Below, piece after piece: positions 30,158 through 41,303 of a DNA stretch of 64,000 nucleotides. Location: assembly GCA_963851115.1 (NCBI GenBank), contig CAWKOI010000005.1, positions 8,317-72,316 of the forward strand, in the 5' to 3' direction. Origin of the DNA: an uncultured Actinomycetota bacterium (GTDB taxonomy: Bacteria; Actinomycetota; Actinomycetes; Mycobacteriales; Mycobacteriaceae). The position numbers and the translations under genes were made by a program. The notes below the pieces were generated by a model, which was not told the origin of the DNA, ran no database searches, and saw nothing but the letters and a program-made list of their open reading frames with translations. Position 1 is the stretch's first letter, and each line of letters starts with the position of its first letter.

Positions 30158-30646
30158 TTATTCGGGCTTGCGCTCCACGGGCTGTGGTGCGACGTCGACG
30201 ACGTCGATGACCTCGCCGTCGATGTAGTCACCGCGTCCTGCTGCCGTGTATCCCCAGCCGGCGGCGCCCGCGCCCGTGGCTGCCGCCGTGATCAGAGGTG
30301 CGCGCCGAGCGGCCATCGCGGTGACCAGCGGACGGGCGGCAGCCCTGGTGGGCGGAAGCAGCAACAGCGCGCCGAGGACGGAACTGGCCAAGCCCGGGAT
30401 GACGACGAGGACAGTGCCCACCGCCACGAGCACGCTGTCCGTCGCGGCGCCTTGCACCGTGGCTGCGGTCAGACCGGACTGCAGCCGGCGAATGTGACGC
30501 TTGACCTGCGAGCCGGCCAGCGCGAGGCCGACCACGAAGGTGCCAAGGAGCAGCAGGACGGTCCAGCCGAAGCCGATCGTCGAGGCCAGCGCCACAATGA
30601 CCGCCAGCTCGATGACCGTGTAGACCAGAAACAGCCGCATCGCCAT
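30158..30646 (-). CDS. fxsA: FxsA family membrane protein
   Basis: YTVIELAVIVAL...LVVIPGL...LLLLPPTR...YIDGEV; syntenic with Rv2053c. Confidence 0.88.
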   Translation of the reverse strand: MAMRLFLVYTVIELAVIVALASTIGFGWTVLLLLGTFVVGLALAGSQVKRHIRRLQSGLTAATVQGAATDSVLVAVGTVLVVIPGLASSVLGALLLLPPTRAAARPLVTAMAARRAPLITAAATGAGAAGWGYTAAGRGDYIDGEVIDVVDVAPQPVERKPE

Positions 30647-30653
30647 AGTCTGC

Positions 30654-30680
30654 CAACGCTTCGGGCGCCCGCCGGGTTCC
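30654..30680 (-). promoter_or_regulatory. SigE/SigH-type leaderless promoter of fxsA
   Basis: Minus strand GGAAC-N17-CGTTG, seven nt before ATG. Confidence 0.75.
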
Positions 30681-30719
30681 GCTTCTCAGTGCCAGCTGGG
30701 CCCACGCGCAAGCTGGGGA

Positions 30720-30770
30720 ACGCAAAGGACCCGCGACACGCCGCAAAACGGGGCCGTTTGCGTCTGCTCA
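30720..30770. repeat. REP-like intergenic palindrome, copy 2 (inverted, partly eroded)
   Basis: ACGCAAA...CGACACGCCG...TTTGCGTCTGCTC. Confidence 0.7.
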
Positions 30771-30787
30771 GCAGTGAAGGCGAACCC

Positions 30788-31169
30788 TCAGGCAGCCTTC
30801 AGCTCGATCGTCACGTTGTTCTTCATGCCGCCGCGCAGCTTGGAGAAGAAGTTGAACGTCTTAGCCGAGCAGCCCGTACCGCTTGCCGATCGCGTCGTAT
30901 GTCGCGCCGTTGGCCGACTTGTCCAGGATCTCGGCGGTGGCCTCGACCGCGTCACCCTTGGGGTTGCCGCGCAGGTCGCAGGGGCGATGGTCACGCGCGG
31001 GGTGTTGCGGATCCGCTTGACCTTCCAGGACGTCTCCTGGGCAATGACCACCAGGCCGTCACCGTCGGGCGCGGCCCAGATGGCCGTCGGCTTGGGCCTG
31101 CCGTCCTTGGTGAACGTGGTCAGCAGGATGTACTCGCGCCTTGGCGACGTCGGCAAAGGTGACTGGCAC
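30788..31169 (-). CDS. PPOX-class F420-dependent oxidoreductase (Rv2061c-like; about three frameshifts)
   Basis: YILLTTFTKDGRPKPTAIW...SWKVKRIRNTPRVTIAP / CDLRGNP / KTFNFFSKLRGG across frames. Confidence 0.8.
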
Positions 31170-31178
31170 GAATCCAAC

Positions 31179-34100
31179 CTAGCCTTCGAGCTCGCCTTCC
31201 GTCTCGAGCAGCACCTGGCGCAGCCCGTCGAGGGTGCGCCTGTTCCGGCTGTGCCCACATGCCGCGGCCTGCGGCCTCCAGCAGCCGCTCGGCCATGCCG
31301 TGCAGCGCCCACGGGTTCGACTCGGCCATGAACTTTCGGTTCTCGTCGTCAAGCACGTACTCCTCGGACAGCCGCTCGTACATCCAGTCGGCCATCACGC
31401 CCGCCGTCGCGTCGTAGCCGAACAGGTAGTCGACGGTCGCCGCCATCTCGAACGCGCCCTTGTAGCCGTGCCGCCGCATCGCGTTGATCCAGCGAGGATT
31501 GACGACACGGGCGCGGAACACCCGGGTGGTCTCCTCCGACAGCGTGCGGGTGCGCACCGCGTCGGGCCGGGTGTTGTCGCCGATGTAGGCGGCCGGCGCC
31601 TGCCCGGTGAGCGCCCGGACCGTAGCAACCATGCCGCCGTGGTACTGGAAGTAGTCATCCGAATCGGCGATGTCGTGTTCACGGGTGTCGGTGTTCTTGG
31701 CGGCCACCGCGATTCGGCGGTACTGCCGGCTCATGTCGTCGGCGGCCGGCGCACCGTCGAGGCCGCGGCCGTAGGCGAAGCCACCCCACGCGGTGTACAC
31801 CTGCGCCAGATCGGCGTCGTCGCGCCAGTTGCGGCTGTCGATCAGCTGCAGCAGGCCGGCGCCATAGGTCCCCGGCTTGGAGCCGAAAATTCTTGTGGTG
31901 GAACGACGTTGATCGCCATGCTCGGCGACGTCGGCCTGCGCGTGGACGCGGACGTAGTTGTCCTCGGCGGGCTCGTCAAGACCCGCGGCCAGTTGCACGG
32001 CGTCGTCGAGCATCGTGACCACATGCGGGAAGGCGTCGCGGAAGAAACCGGAGATGCGCACGGTGACGTCGATGCGGGGACGGCCGAGTTCGGCCAGCGG
32101 GATCGGTTCCAGGCTCACCACCCGTCGCGATGCGTCGTCCCAGATGGGCCGAACGCCCAGCAGCGCAAGCACTTCGGCGATGTCGTCCCCGGCGGTGCGC
32201 ATCGCCGACGTGCCCCACACCGACAGCCCGACCGAGCGCGGCCAGCTGCCGTAGTCCTGCGCGGTATCGGTCCAGCAGCGAATCCGCCATCGCCACACCG
32301 GTTTCCCACGCCAACCGCGAGGGCACCGCCTTGGGGTCGACGGAATAGAAGTTGCGCCCGGTGGGCAGCACGTTCACCAGGCCGCGCAGTGGCGAACCCG
32401 ACGGGCCTGCTTCGATGAACCGGCCCTCCAACGCCCGCAGGATCTGCGCGATCTCGTTCGCAGTGCCGGCCAGCCGCGGCACCACCTCGGTGGCCGCGAA
32501 CCGCAGGATACGGGCGACATCGGCGTTATCCGTGAGGCCGTCGACGGCATCAGCGTCCCACCCGGCGTCCTGTAGCGCGGCAACCAGTTCGCGGGCGCTG
32601 GCCTCGGCGGCGTCGACGGCGGCGCGGTCATCGTTGCCGTCCTCGGCCAGGCCGAGCGCCTGCCGCAGACCCGGAACGGTCTGGTCACCGCCGAACAGCT
32701 GGCGTGCCCGCAGGATGGCCAGCACCAGGTCGAGTTCGGCCTCGCCCGTGGGCGTTTGGCCCAGAACGTGCAGCCCGTCGCGGATCTGGGCGTCCTTGAT
32801 CTCGCACAGCCACCCGTCGACGTGCAGCAGCATGTCGCCGAACGAGTCGTCCTCGGGCCGTTCGTCCAGACCCAGATCGTGGTCCATCTTGGCCGCACGC
32901 ATCAGCGTCCAGATCTGCTGGCGGATCGCAGGCAGTTTGCCTGGATCGAGCGCCGCGATGGTGGCGTGCTCGTCGAGTAGCTGCTCCAGTCTTGCGATGT
33001 CGCCGTAGGTTTCGGCACGGGCCATCGGCGGGATGAGGTGGTCGACCAGCGTGGCGTGCGCGCGGCGTTTGGCCTGCGTGCCCTCTCCCGGGTCGTTGAC
33101 CAGGAACGGGTAGATCAGCGGCAAATTGCCCAGTGCCGCATCCGCGCCGCACGCCGCCGACATGCCGAGCGTCTTGCCCGGCAACCACTCCAGGTTGCCG
33201 TGCTTGCCGAGGTGCACGACGGCGTCCGCGCCGAACACGGCGTCGATCCAGTGGTAGGCAGCCAGATAGTGATGGCTGGGCGGCAGATCGGGATCGTGAT
33301 AGATGGCGACGGGATTCTCACCGAAACCCCGTGGCGGCTGCACGATCAGCACGATGTTGGCGGCCTGCAGGGCCGCGATCACGATCTCACCGTCGGCGTC
33401 TTGGCTGCGGTCGACGAACAACTCGCCCGGCGGCGGGCCCCAATGCTTGACGACAGCGTCGGCCAACTTGGCCGGCAGGGTCGTGAACCAGTCGCGATAG
33501 TCCTTGGCGGACAACCGGATTGGATTGCCGGCGAGGTGTCCGTCGGTGAGCCAGTCGGGGTCTTGGCCGCCGCGCTCGATCAGCGCGTGCACCAACGCGT
33601 CGCCGTCCTCGGCGTCCACGCCTGGAATGTCGCCGATGGCGTACCCACCGTCGCGCATGGCCCGCAGCAGCGCGACGGCACTGGCGGGCGTATCCAGGCC
33701 GACGGCGTTGCCGATGCGGGCATGCTTGGTGGGGTACGCGGAGAACACCACGGCCACCCGTTTTTCCGCGGCGGCGATCGCCCGCAGCCGGGCATGCCGC
33801 ACGGCCAGTCCCGCGACGCGGGCGCAGCGCTCCGGATCGGCGACGTAGGAGATCAGCCCTTCGTCGTCAATCTCCTTGAACGAGAACGGAACCGTGATGA
33901 TCCGGCCGTCGAACTCCGGGACCGCGACCTGGGTGGCGACGTCGAGCGGAGACATGCCGTCGTCGTTGTCCTGCCACTGCGCCCGTGAACTGGTCAGGCA
34001 CAGTCCCTGCAGGATCGGAATGTCCAGGGCGGCAAGATGCGCGACGTTCCAGGTGTCGTCGTTGCCACCGGCGGTGACGGTGGCCGGGGTCACTCCGCCG

Positions 34101-34753
34101 GCGGCCAGCACGGTCGTGATCATTGCGTCGGCGGTGGACAGCACGTCCAGCAGCTCGGCGTCGGCGGTGCGCAGCGACGCGCAGAACACCGGCAGTGCCC
34201 GTCCTCCGGCGTCCTCGATGGCGCGGCACAGCGCCTCGACATAGGTGGTGTTGCCGGCCAAGTGCTGCGCGCGGTAGTACAGCACCGCGATCGTCGGGCC
34301 GTCAACATTTGTTGACGCCCGCTCGAGGACACCCCAGCTCGGTGTGATCGCCGGCGGCGCGAAACCGAAGCCGGTCATCAGCAACGTGTCGCAGAGGAAT
34401 GAATGCAGGTTCGCAAGATTTTCTATGCCGCCCTGCGCCAAATAGATGTGCGACTGCAGCGCGACGCCCGCCGGCGTCGTCGACTGACCCATCAGCTCGG
34501 CGTCCGGGGACTGCTCACCGCTGACCACCACGGTCGGCACACCACTACCGACGACCGTGTCGATGCCGTCCTGCCAGGCCCGGTAACCGCCAAGGATGCG
34601 AACGACGGCGATGTCGGAGCCGGCCAGCAGCTCCTCGAGCTCGCCGTCGACCAGCCGCGACGGGTTCGCCCACCGGTAGCGCACCCCGCTTGCGCGGGCG
34701 GTGATCAGGTCGGTGTCGGACGTCGACAGCAGCAGCACGGTGGGCTCTAGCAC
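31179..34753 (-). CDS. cobN: Cobaltochelatase subunit CobN (two frameshifts, near 32262 and 31238)
   Basis: LLLSTSDTDL, QVAVPEFDGRI, HLGKHGNLEWLPGK, LPTGRNFYS, GRPRIDVTVRISGFFRDAFP, RHGYKGAFE. Confidence 0.95.
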
Positions 34754-34801
34754 CCACCATTCGTACCGCACGCGCAATACGGGGTGCGGTCTACCGTAGG
34801 A

Positions 34802-35626
34802 ATGGTGAGCGCGACCTTCACGGCGGGCACGCCCCATCCGTCTCTGCGCGGCGTGGTGCTTCGCTATGAGGGATACGAGGAACGGGCGGCCGGACCCGCT
34901 ACGTTCCGCGAGCTGCCCTGCACGTTCGTGCCGGTGATCATCGACCTCGACGCAGGGTGGACGGTCGCACATCGCCAGCACGCCGCGCCGTTGCGGCTGG
35001 GGTCATTCGTCGCCGGCGTGACCGATGGGCCGGTGCTGGTGGGACATGACGGGTCAGCGCGCTGCCTGCAGGTCGACCTGACACCGCTCGGTGCCCGACG
35101 GCTCGTCGGGCTGCCCATGAGCGAGCTGGCCAATCAGTCGGTGCCGATCGACGCCGTGCTGGGTCGGTTCGGGCGTGATCTTGTGCAGCGGGTAGGCGAC
35201 GCACCCGATTGGCCGACGCGATTCGCGTTGATCGACAAGGCTTTCCGCGCCCGACTCGCCGAGGCCGCGCCCGCCGATCCTGGTGTCGCGTGGTCGTTTG
35301 GCCGCATCGTTTCCAGCGGCGGCGCAGCGGTGATCGGCGATCTGGCAGCTGAATTGGGCTGGAGTCATCGGCGGCTGATCGCTCGCTATCGCGACACCGT
35401 CGGGCTGCCGCCCAAGCTGGTGGCACGGATTGTGCGCTTCGAGCGACTGACCGCGCACCTGACAACGGACCCGGCGATCGACTGGGCCGCCGCGGCCACC
35501 GCGTGCGGCTACTTCGACCAGGCCCACCTGGCGCGTGAGGTGCGGGAACTGGCTGGCATCACGCCGACCGAGCTGCGCGCGACCACCGTAAATTCCGTCC
35601 AAGACGAGGGTGCGCGCTCGGCCTAG
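34802..35626 (+). CDS. AraC family transcriptional regulator
   Basis: C-terminal LAAELGWSHRRL...VGLPPKLVARIVRF...GYFDQAHLAREVRELAGITP. Confidence 0.9.
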   Translation: MVSATFTAGTPHPSLRGVVLRYEGYEERAAGPATFRELPCTFVPVIIDLDAGWTVAHRQHAAPLRLGSFVAGVTDGPVLVGHDGSARCLQVDLTPLGARRLVGLPMSELANQSVPIDAVLGRFGRDLVQRVGDAPDWPTRFALIDKAFRARLAEAAPADPGVAWSFGRIVSSGGAAVIGDLAAELGWSHRRLIARYRDTVGLPPKLVARIVRFERLTAHLTTDPAIDWAAAATACGYFDQAHLAREVRELAGITPTELRATTVNSVQDEGARSA

Positions 35627-35636
35627 CGTGGCGCCC

Positions 35637-36041
35637 ATGAGCCAAACACTGACCATCAACGGGGCGGTGCCGATCGTCCCTTACTCCAACCCTCGCGGCG
35701 CGATCCGCTGGCTCGAGCAGACCTTCGGGGCCGTCGCGACCGCCGTGCATCCCCCGGACCCCGACCAACCGCTCAAGCACGCCGAGGTGAAAGTCGGCAA
35801 CGGGCTCGTCATGATCAACGACGCGGACCGCGGCGACGACAGCCCATTCGCCTTGCCTGGCCCGGTCTTGTTGTACGTCGTCGTCGACGACCCCGACGCC
35901 CTGCACGACCGCGCCGCCGCGGCGGGCGCCGAGATCGTCATGGGCCTCACGGACCAGGACTACGGCTCACGGGAGTTCGCCGCCCGCGATCCGCACGGCA
36001 ACGTCTGGAGCTTTGGGACGTACCGTCCAAGCCTCGGCTGA
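35637..36041 (+). CDS. VOC/glyoxalase-bleomycin resistance family protein
   Basis: AIRWLEQTFG, HAEVKVG, TDQDYGSREFAARDPHGNVWSFGTY. Confidence 0.9.
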   Translation: MSQTLTINGAVPIVPYSNPRGAIRWLEQTFGAVATAVHPPDPDQPLKHAEVKVGNGLVMINDADRGDDSPFALPGPVLLYVVVDDPDALHDRAAAAGAEIVMGLTDQDYGSREFAARDPHGNVWSFGTYRPSLG

Positions 36042-36049
36042 GAACTTGC

Positions 36050-36154
36050 TCAGCCGTCGTTACCCCAGCGGCCGTGCCACGTCTGCGGGTAAGGCAGACC
36101 GAGGCCTGCGGCCAAGACCAGCAGGACCACGCCGAATGCGATCAGTGCGAACAT
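36050..36154 (-). CDS. Small single-pass membrane peptide (34 aa; below the ORF track cutoff)
   Basis: MFALIAFGVVLLVLAAGLGLPYPQTWHGRWGNDG, with GGAAGGA RBS six nt before ATG; alternative in-frame ATG at 36169. Confidence 0.55.
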   Translation of the reverse strand: MFALIAFGVVLLVLAAGLGLPYPQTWHGRWGNDG

Positions 36155-36283
36155 CGTCGTTCCTTCCATGACATTCGGTTACTGCACACGCGTGCAGTAG
36201 TCAGAAGGTACGACCGAACCGGTCAGTAATGATCGACTTGTGTGGGACGGATCACTCCGCCCCATGCTGTGGCGCCCGTCACA

Positions 36284-37741
36284 TCAGGCGGTGCGAACGT
36301 CGAAGTGTGTCGTCTCGGGTATCCGCAACAGCTCGCGGTGGCGCACCGGTGTCCACGGGAACAGCTCGGGCAAACCGTCCTTGCCCAAGTACCAGCTCTT
36401 GCAGCCGGTGACCCAGACCGTTTGGGGCATAGCGGCTTTCATGCTCTCGTTGTAGTCCTTGGTAGCCGCCTCGGTCGGCGCCGCGGCGGCGATACGGCCA
36501 TCCCGGATCTGGTTGATCCACCACATCGCGTAGTCCGCCTGGTGCTCGGCGACGATCACCAGCGACTGGTTGCCGATGGGCGAGTGCGGGCCCATCACAT
36601 GAAGAGGTTCGGAAAGCCCGGCACCGCGATCGAGCGGTACGCGTGCGGCCCGTCTGCCCATGCCTCGTTGAGGGTGAGGCCGTTCTCACCGACGATCTCC
36701 ATCGGGCGGACGTAGGCACGGGCGTCGAACCCCGTGGCCAGTACGAGCAGATCAAGTTCATGGAGTCTGCCGTCTAACGGTGACGACGCCTTTCGGCTCG
36801 ACGTGGTCGATCGCCTCGCTGACGAGATGGACGCCCGACTTCTGAAATGCCTGGTAATAGTGCCCGGCGAGAATCTGCCGCTTGCACATCGCCTGGTAGT
36901 CGGGTGTGAGCCTGCGGCGTAGTTCGGGATCGCGCACCGACAACCGCAGATTCCAGCGGCACATCGCCGTCATCAAGCGGCGCTGCCAGCATGGTTCGAC
37001 CGTCGCGCGACCGAATCCATGCTCTATGTAGGACTTCCAGGCGCGGTAGCCGACCTTGTTCAGGACCGGCCAACGCTGTAGTGCCGCCTTGGTTAGTGCG
37101 GAGTAGCGCAGGTTCGGCGTGGGAAACACCCACTGCGGCGTGCGCTGAAAGACCTTGAGTCCATTAACCTTTCCGCCGAGCTCGGCGGTGATTTGCACGC
37201 CGGTGGACCCCGTCCCGATCAAGCCGATGCGTTTGTCGGGCAACGTAATCGAGTGGTCCCACCGCGAGGAGTGAAACGTCGGGCCTGCGAAGCTGTCGAG
37301 CCCGGGGATGTCCGGGTATCGCGGGACTCGAAGAAAGCCCGTCGCGGTGATCAGCACGTCGAACACTTCCTCACCGGCGGCGGTGCCCACCCACCACTGC
37401 CCGTCCCGGTAGCGGGCGGACGTGACGTCGGTTCCGAACCGAATGTGCGGACGGATGCCGCGTTCTGTCGCGACCCGCCGGAAGTAGGAATGGATCTCCG
37501 GCCCCGGCGACATGAGGCGTGACCAGTCGGGGTTGGGTCGGAACGAATACGTGTAGAACCGCGACGGGACGTCGCACGTCAGCCCGGGATAGGTGTTGTC
37601 GCGCCAGGTGCCGCCGACCTCGTCGGCCTTTTCGAAGACGGTGTACGTGTCGATGCCGGCGTCCTGCAGCTTGACGGCCATGCAAAGCCCGGACATGCCT
37701 GCGCCGATGATCGCGACATTTAGTGAGCGGTTCTCTGACAC
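36284..37741 (-). CDS. Flavin-containing (Baeyer-Villiger type) monooxygenase (frameshifts near 3' end)
   Basis: [19 protein letters not shown], FxGxxFHSSRW fingerprint, [22 protein letters not shown]. Confidence 0.9.
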
Positions 37742-37897
37742 CGTGTCCCCCTAGATGCTGGCGCGCGAATGGCTGAACGGTACGCGGGGCCGCGGCTCGT
37801 CTTTGACGGATTTGACATTTTTGCCATCTGGCCGATAGTTCTGCTCTCGGCCAGCCAAATCATTTACGGCGCAGACATTGCGTGTCGGAATGGAACG

Positions 37898-38820
37898 GTG
37901 ACTGAAAACTTTGACGTGGTGAAACTGGGCGCCAACATCGGCGCGCGCATCGACGGTGTGCGGCTCGCCCAAGACCTCGACGGCGGTACCGTCGCGGCAA
38001 TCAACAGCGCGCTGCTCGAACACAAGGTGATCTTCTTCCGCGACCAGCACGATCTGACCGACGAGGGCCAACTCGCATTCGCGAGCAAGTTGGGCACGCC
38101 GACGACGCGCGCACCCGACGCTGTCTCGCGGCGCTTCGGTGCTGCCGATCGACTCTCGCTACGACAAAGCCAACAGCTGGCACACCGACGTCACGTTCGT
38201 CGACCGTGTCCCGAAAGCGTCTCTGCTGCGGGCGGTTACGTTGCCAAGCCTACGGCGGCACCACCACGTGGGCGTCGACCGAGGCGGCGTATGAGCAGTT
38301 GCCGGCTCCCCTGCGCGCGCTCACCGAGAACCTGTGGGCAGTGCACACCAACACCTACGACTACGCCTCGGGCTATGACGGCCGCCATGAGCAGCTGGCC
38401 GACACCGTGCGTGAGTATCGCGAGGAGTTCGTGTCCGACTACTACGAGACCGAACATCCGGTGGTGCGGGTGCATCCCGAAACCGGTAAGCGAGTGCTGC
38501 TTCTTGGGCATTTCGTCAAGCAATTCGTCGGCCTTGGTTCGACCGAGTCCGCAACGCTGTTCGGTCTGCTGCAGTCCCGGATCACCAAGCTGGAGAACAC
38601 CATTCGCTGGAGCTGGCAGCCCGGCGATCTCGCCATCTGGGATAACCGGGCCACTCAGCATTACGCCGTCGCCGACTACGACGACCAGTACCGCCGGCTC
38701 AACCGCGTCACCCTGGCCGGCGACGTGCCGGTCGACGTCTACGGCCAGCACAGCCGTGTCGTCGTGGGCGACGCCTCGCAGTATTCGGACGTGGTCACGC
38801 CAGTGCCGTTAGCGAGCTGA
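37898..38820 (+). CDS. TauD/TfdA alpha-ketoglutarate-dependent dioxygenase, alkylsulfatase-like (frameshifts at about 38110-38250)
   Basis: [44 protein letters not shown]. Confidence 0.88.
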
Positions 38821-39124
38821 TTACAACCTGTCCATCTCGCGCGACATCAGCGAGTTCTCGAGCCAAACGTGCCGCTTGGGGTAAACCGGTTGCGCAGGCG
38901 GCTTCGCTGCGCTCACCAGCCAGGCGCGCACCGACGCCCGCGACCGCATGGACCGCGTCGCTGAATCGACGGGTCTTCGCGGGCGGTAGCGCCACGGCCG
39001 CCGCGGTGCTGAACAGCACCTGCTGTTCAGTGATCAGCGCCTGCGCCTCTGCCGACTTCGCCGGAACCGGGGCCGCTGACTGACCAGTGCCCGGATCGGG
39101 CTTGTGCTCAAATGTGGTTGTCAT
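38821..39124 (-). CDS. Small mycobacterial hypothetical protein (one frameshift)
   Basis: ALITEQQVLFSTAAAV...YPKRHVWLENSLMSREMDRL; GGGAG RBS. Confidence 0.65.
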
Positions 39125-39419
39125 TTCGATCGCTCCCACCCTGTGTTCTTTTGGTGCCCGGGCCAGCCGAGCCCTCATGACAGGAAAATTACGGTCGCCG
39201 GTTAAATATCTCACGCGTAAACGACTACCTGCTTATCTGGTTAACACCAGCAGGGATACGCAGTCCCGCGGACCGGTACTCATATGGCGCGAAGCCACCC
39301 CTGCTGACGTGGGCGTTCCGTCGGCGCCGCCCCGAACAGACGTTGCGGTTGCCGGTCATCCAGACCGGATCGTGCTACTCCAGCAACGGATCCCGGACTC
39401 GGGACAGCGACGACGGTGC

Positions 39420-39550
39420 TCACAGTCGGCGCCCGGCTTGCGCGGGCTGCAACGCTCCGGCCACTGCGGTGGCGAACAACACCTCTTGTTCGGTGATCAA
39501 GACCGGCGTGCGAACAGCCGAAGGATCAGCCGTGGCCGTACCGTGATCTG
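39420..39550 (-). pseudogene. Start-less fragment paralogous to the 38821-39124 protein
   Basis: PVLITEQEVLFATAVAGALQP matches ALITEQQVLFSTAAAVALPP; no start before the cobG ATG; C-terminal motif absent. Confidence 0.5.
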
Positions 39551-40667
39551 ATGGCCAGGACCCGCGACCAGGACGCCTGCCCGGGGGCGCTGCAGGTGCA
39601 CGAGGCGGCCGATGGCGCGTTGGCGCGGGTACGCCTGCCGGGCGGGATGATCACCCCGCATCAGATGGAGGCGCTGGCACACGCGGCGAACGAGTGGGGC
39701 TCGCCGGCGATGGAACTCACGTCGCGCGGCAACATCCAAATCCGCGGGCTCACCGACACCGCGAAGATCGCCGAGGTGGTCGCCGACGTAGGCCTTCTGC
39801 CGTCCAAGACCCATGAGCGGGTCCGCAACATCGTCGCGTCACCGCTATCGGGTCGAGCGGGCGGAAAGGCCGATATCCGCGCGATGGTCACCGAATTGGA
39901 CGGCGCGATCCAGGCCGAACCCGAACTGGCCGGCCTGCCTGGCCGGTTCTTGTTCGGCATCGACGACGGCCGCGCAGACATCTCGGGGCTGGGCGCCGAT
40001 GTCGGCGTCCACGTCGTCGGCGAGTCGACCGCGCTGCTGCTCGCGGGCCGCGACACGGGCGTCCGACTCGCGATGTCCGATGCAGTGCCGACGCTGGTGG
40101 GGATCGCGGCGCGATTTGCCGACAACCGCGGAACGGCTTGGCGCATAGCGGAACTCGACGATGCCCGGCATCTGCTGGGCGCCCTCCGCCCGACCGCAGA
40201 GCCCGGCGCGACGTGGCCGCCGGTGACCCGGCCGCCGGTCGGCTGGATCCAGCAGGACGACGGCCGCGTGACGCTGGGCGCCGCCGTTCCGCTGGGTGTG
40301 CTGCAGTCCCGCGTCGCGGAGTACCTCGCCGCAATCAATGCGCCGATGGTCATCACGCCGTGGCGCTCTGTGCTCGTCTTCGACCTCGACGATCCAGTCG
40401 CCGACGTGGCCCTGACGGGTCTTGGCGCCGATGGGCCTGGTCTTCGACGAGCACTCACCGTGGCTGTCCGTCAGCGCGTGCACGGGCAGCCCCGGCTGCG
40501 AACACTCGGCGGCCGACGTTCGGGCAGACGCCGCGGCGGCGGTTGATGAGCCGGCCAGCGGCCATCGCCACTTCGTCGGGTGCGAACGGGCCTGCGGCAG
40601 CCCGCCTACGGGTGACGTGCTGGTGGCGACCGGAGACGGATACCGGCAGCGCAACCCACACCCGTAG
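39551..40667 (+). CDS. cobG: Precorrin-3B synthase (one frameshift near 40415)
   Basis: DACPGALQVHEAADGALARVRLPGG, ELTSRGNIQIRG, HERVRNIVASPLSG; SACTGSPGC and HFVGCERACG in the next frame. Confidence 0.92.
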
Positions 40668-40676
40668 GGTTAGCGC

Positions 40677-41303
40677 GTGCTCGACTACATCCGCGACGCC
40701 GCCGAGATCTATCGGCAGTCGTTCGCGACGATCCGCGCCGAGGCGGACCTGTCGCGATTTCCCGACGACGTGGCGCGCGTGGTCGTACGGCTGATCCACA
40801 CCTGCGGACAAGTCGATGTCGCCGAGCACATCGCCTACAGCGAGGACGTCGTCGCGAAGACCCACGCCGCGCTGGTCGCGGGCGCCCCGGTGTTGTGCGA
40901 TTCGTCGATGGTGGCAGCCGGGATCACCAAGTCCCGGCTTCCGGCCGGCAACGAGGTGGTGTCCTTGGTCGCCGACGCCAGGGCCGCTGATCTGGCCGCC
41001 CGCCTCGGCTCCACCCGTTCGGCAGCCGCGGTGGATCTGTGGGCCGACCGGCTCGGCGGCGCGGTGCTGGCCATCGGCAACGCACCGACGGCCCTGTTCC
41101 GGTTGCTCGAACTCGTCGACGAGGGCGCCCCCACACCCGCGGCGGTGCTGGGCGGCCCGGTCGGCTTCGTCGGGTCTGCTCAGTCCAAACAGGAGCTGAT
41201 CGACCGGCCACGCGGCATGTCGTATCTGGTGGTGCAAGGCCGTCGCGGCGGTAGCGCGATGGCGGCCGCCGCCGTGAATGCGATTGCCTGCGAAGCCGAA
41301 TGA
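40677..41303 (+). CDS. cobH: Precorrin-8X methylmutase
   Basis: [43 protein letters not shown]. Confidence 0.97.
   Translation: MLDYIRDAAEIYRQSFATIRAEADLSRFPDDVARVVVRLIHTCGQVDVAEHIAYSEDVVAKTHAALVAGAPVLCDSSMVAAGITKSRLPAGNEVVSLVADARAADLAARLGSTRSAAAVDLWADRLGGAVLAIGNAPTALFRLLELVDEGAPTPAAVLGGPVGFVGSAQSKQELIDRPRGMSYLVVQGRRGGSAMAAAAVNAIACEAE

Noticed and set aside
28973-31162. 729-aa plus-strand ORF, and similar long ORFs such as 26581-28098 and 52642-54381
   Set aside because: They lie opposite well-supported genes; long stop-free shadow frames are expected at this GC content and show no recognisable motifs
31179-34753. Programmed ribosomal frameshifting in cobN or other split genes
   Set aside because: No slippery heptamers or consistent context at the breaks, and too many unrelated genes are affected
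37829-37855. Inverted repeat CTGGCCGA...TCGGCCAG between the divergent BVMO and TauD genes
   Set aside because: Short and GC-rich with no adjacent regulator to assign; cannot be distinguished from chance
34754-39550. Cobalamin riboswitch upstream of cobN or cobG
   Set aside because: No B12-box or GGGAA...GCCACTG elements recognised by eye; a covariance-model search would be decisive
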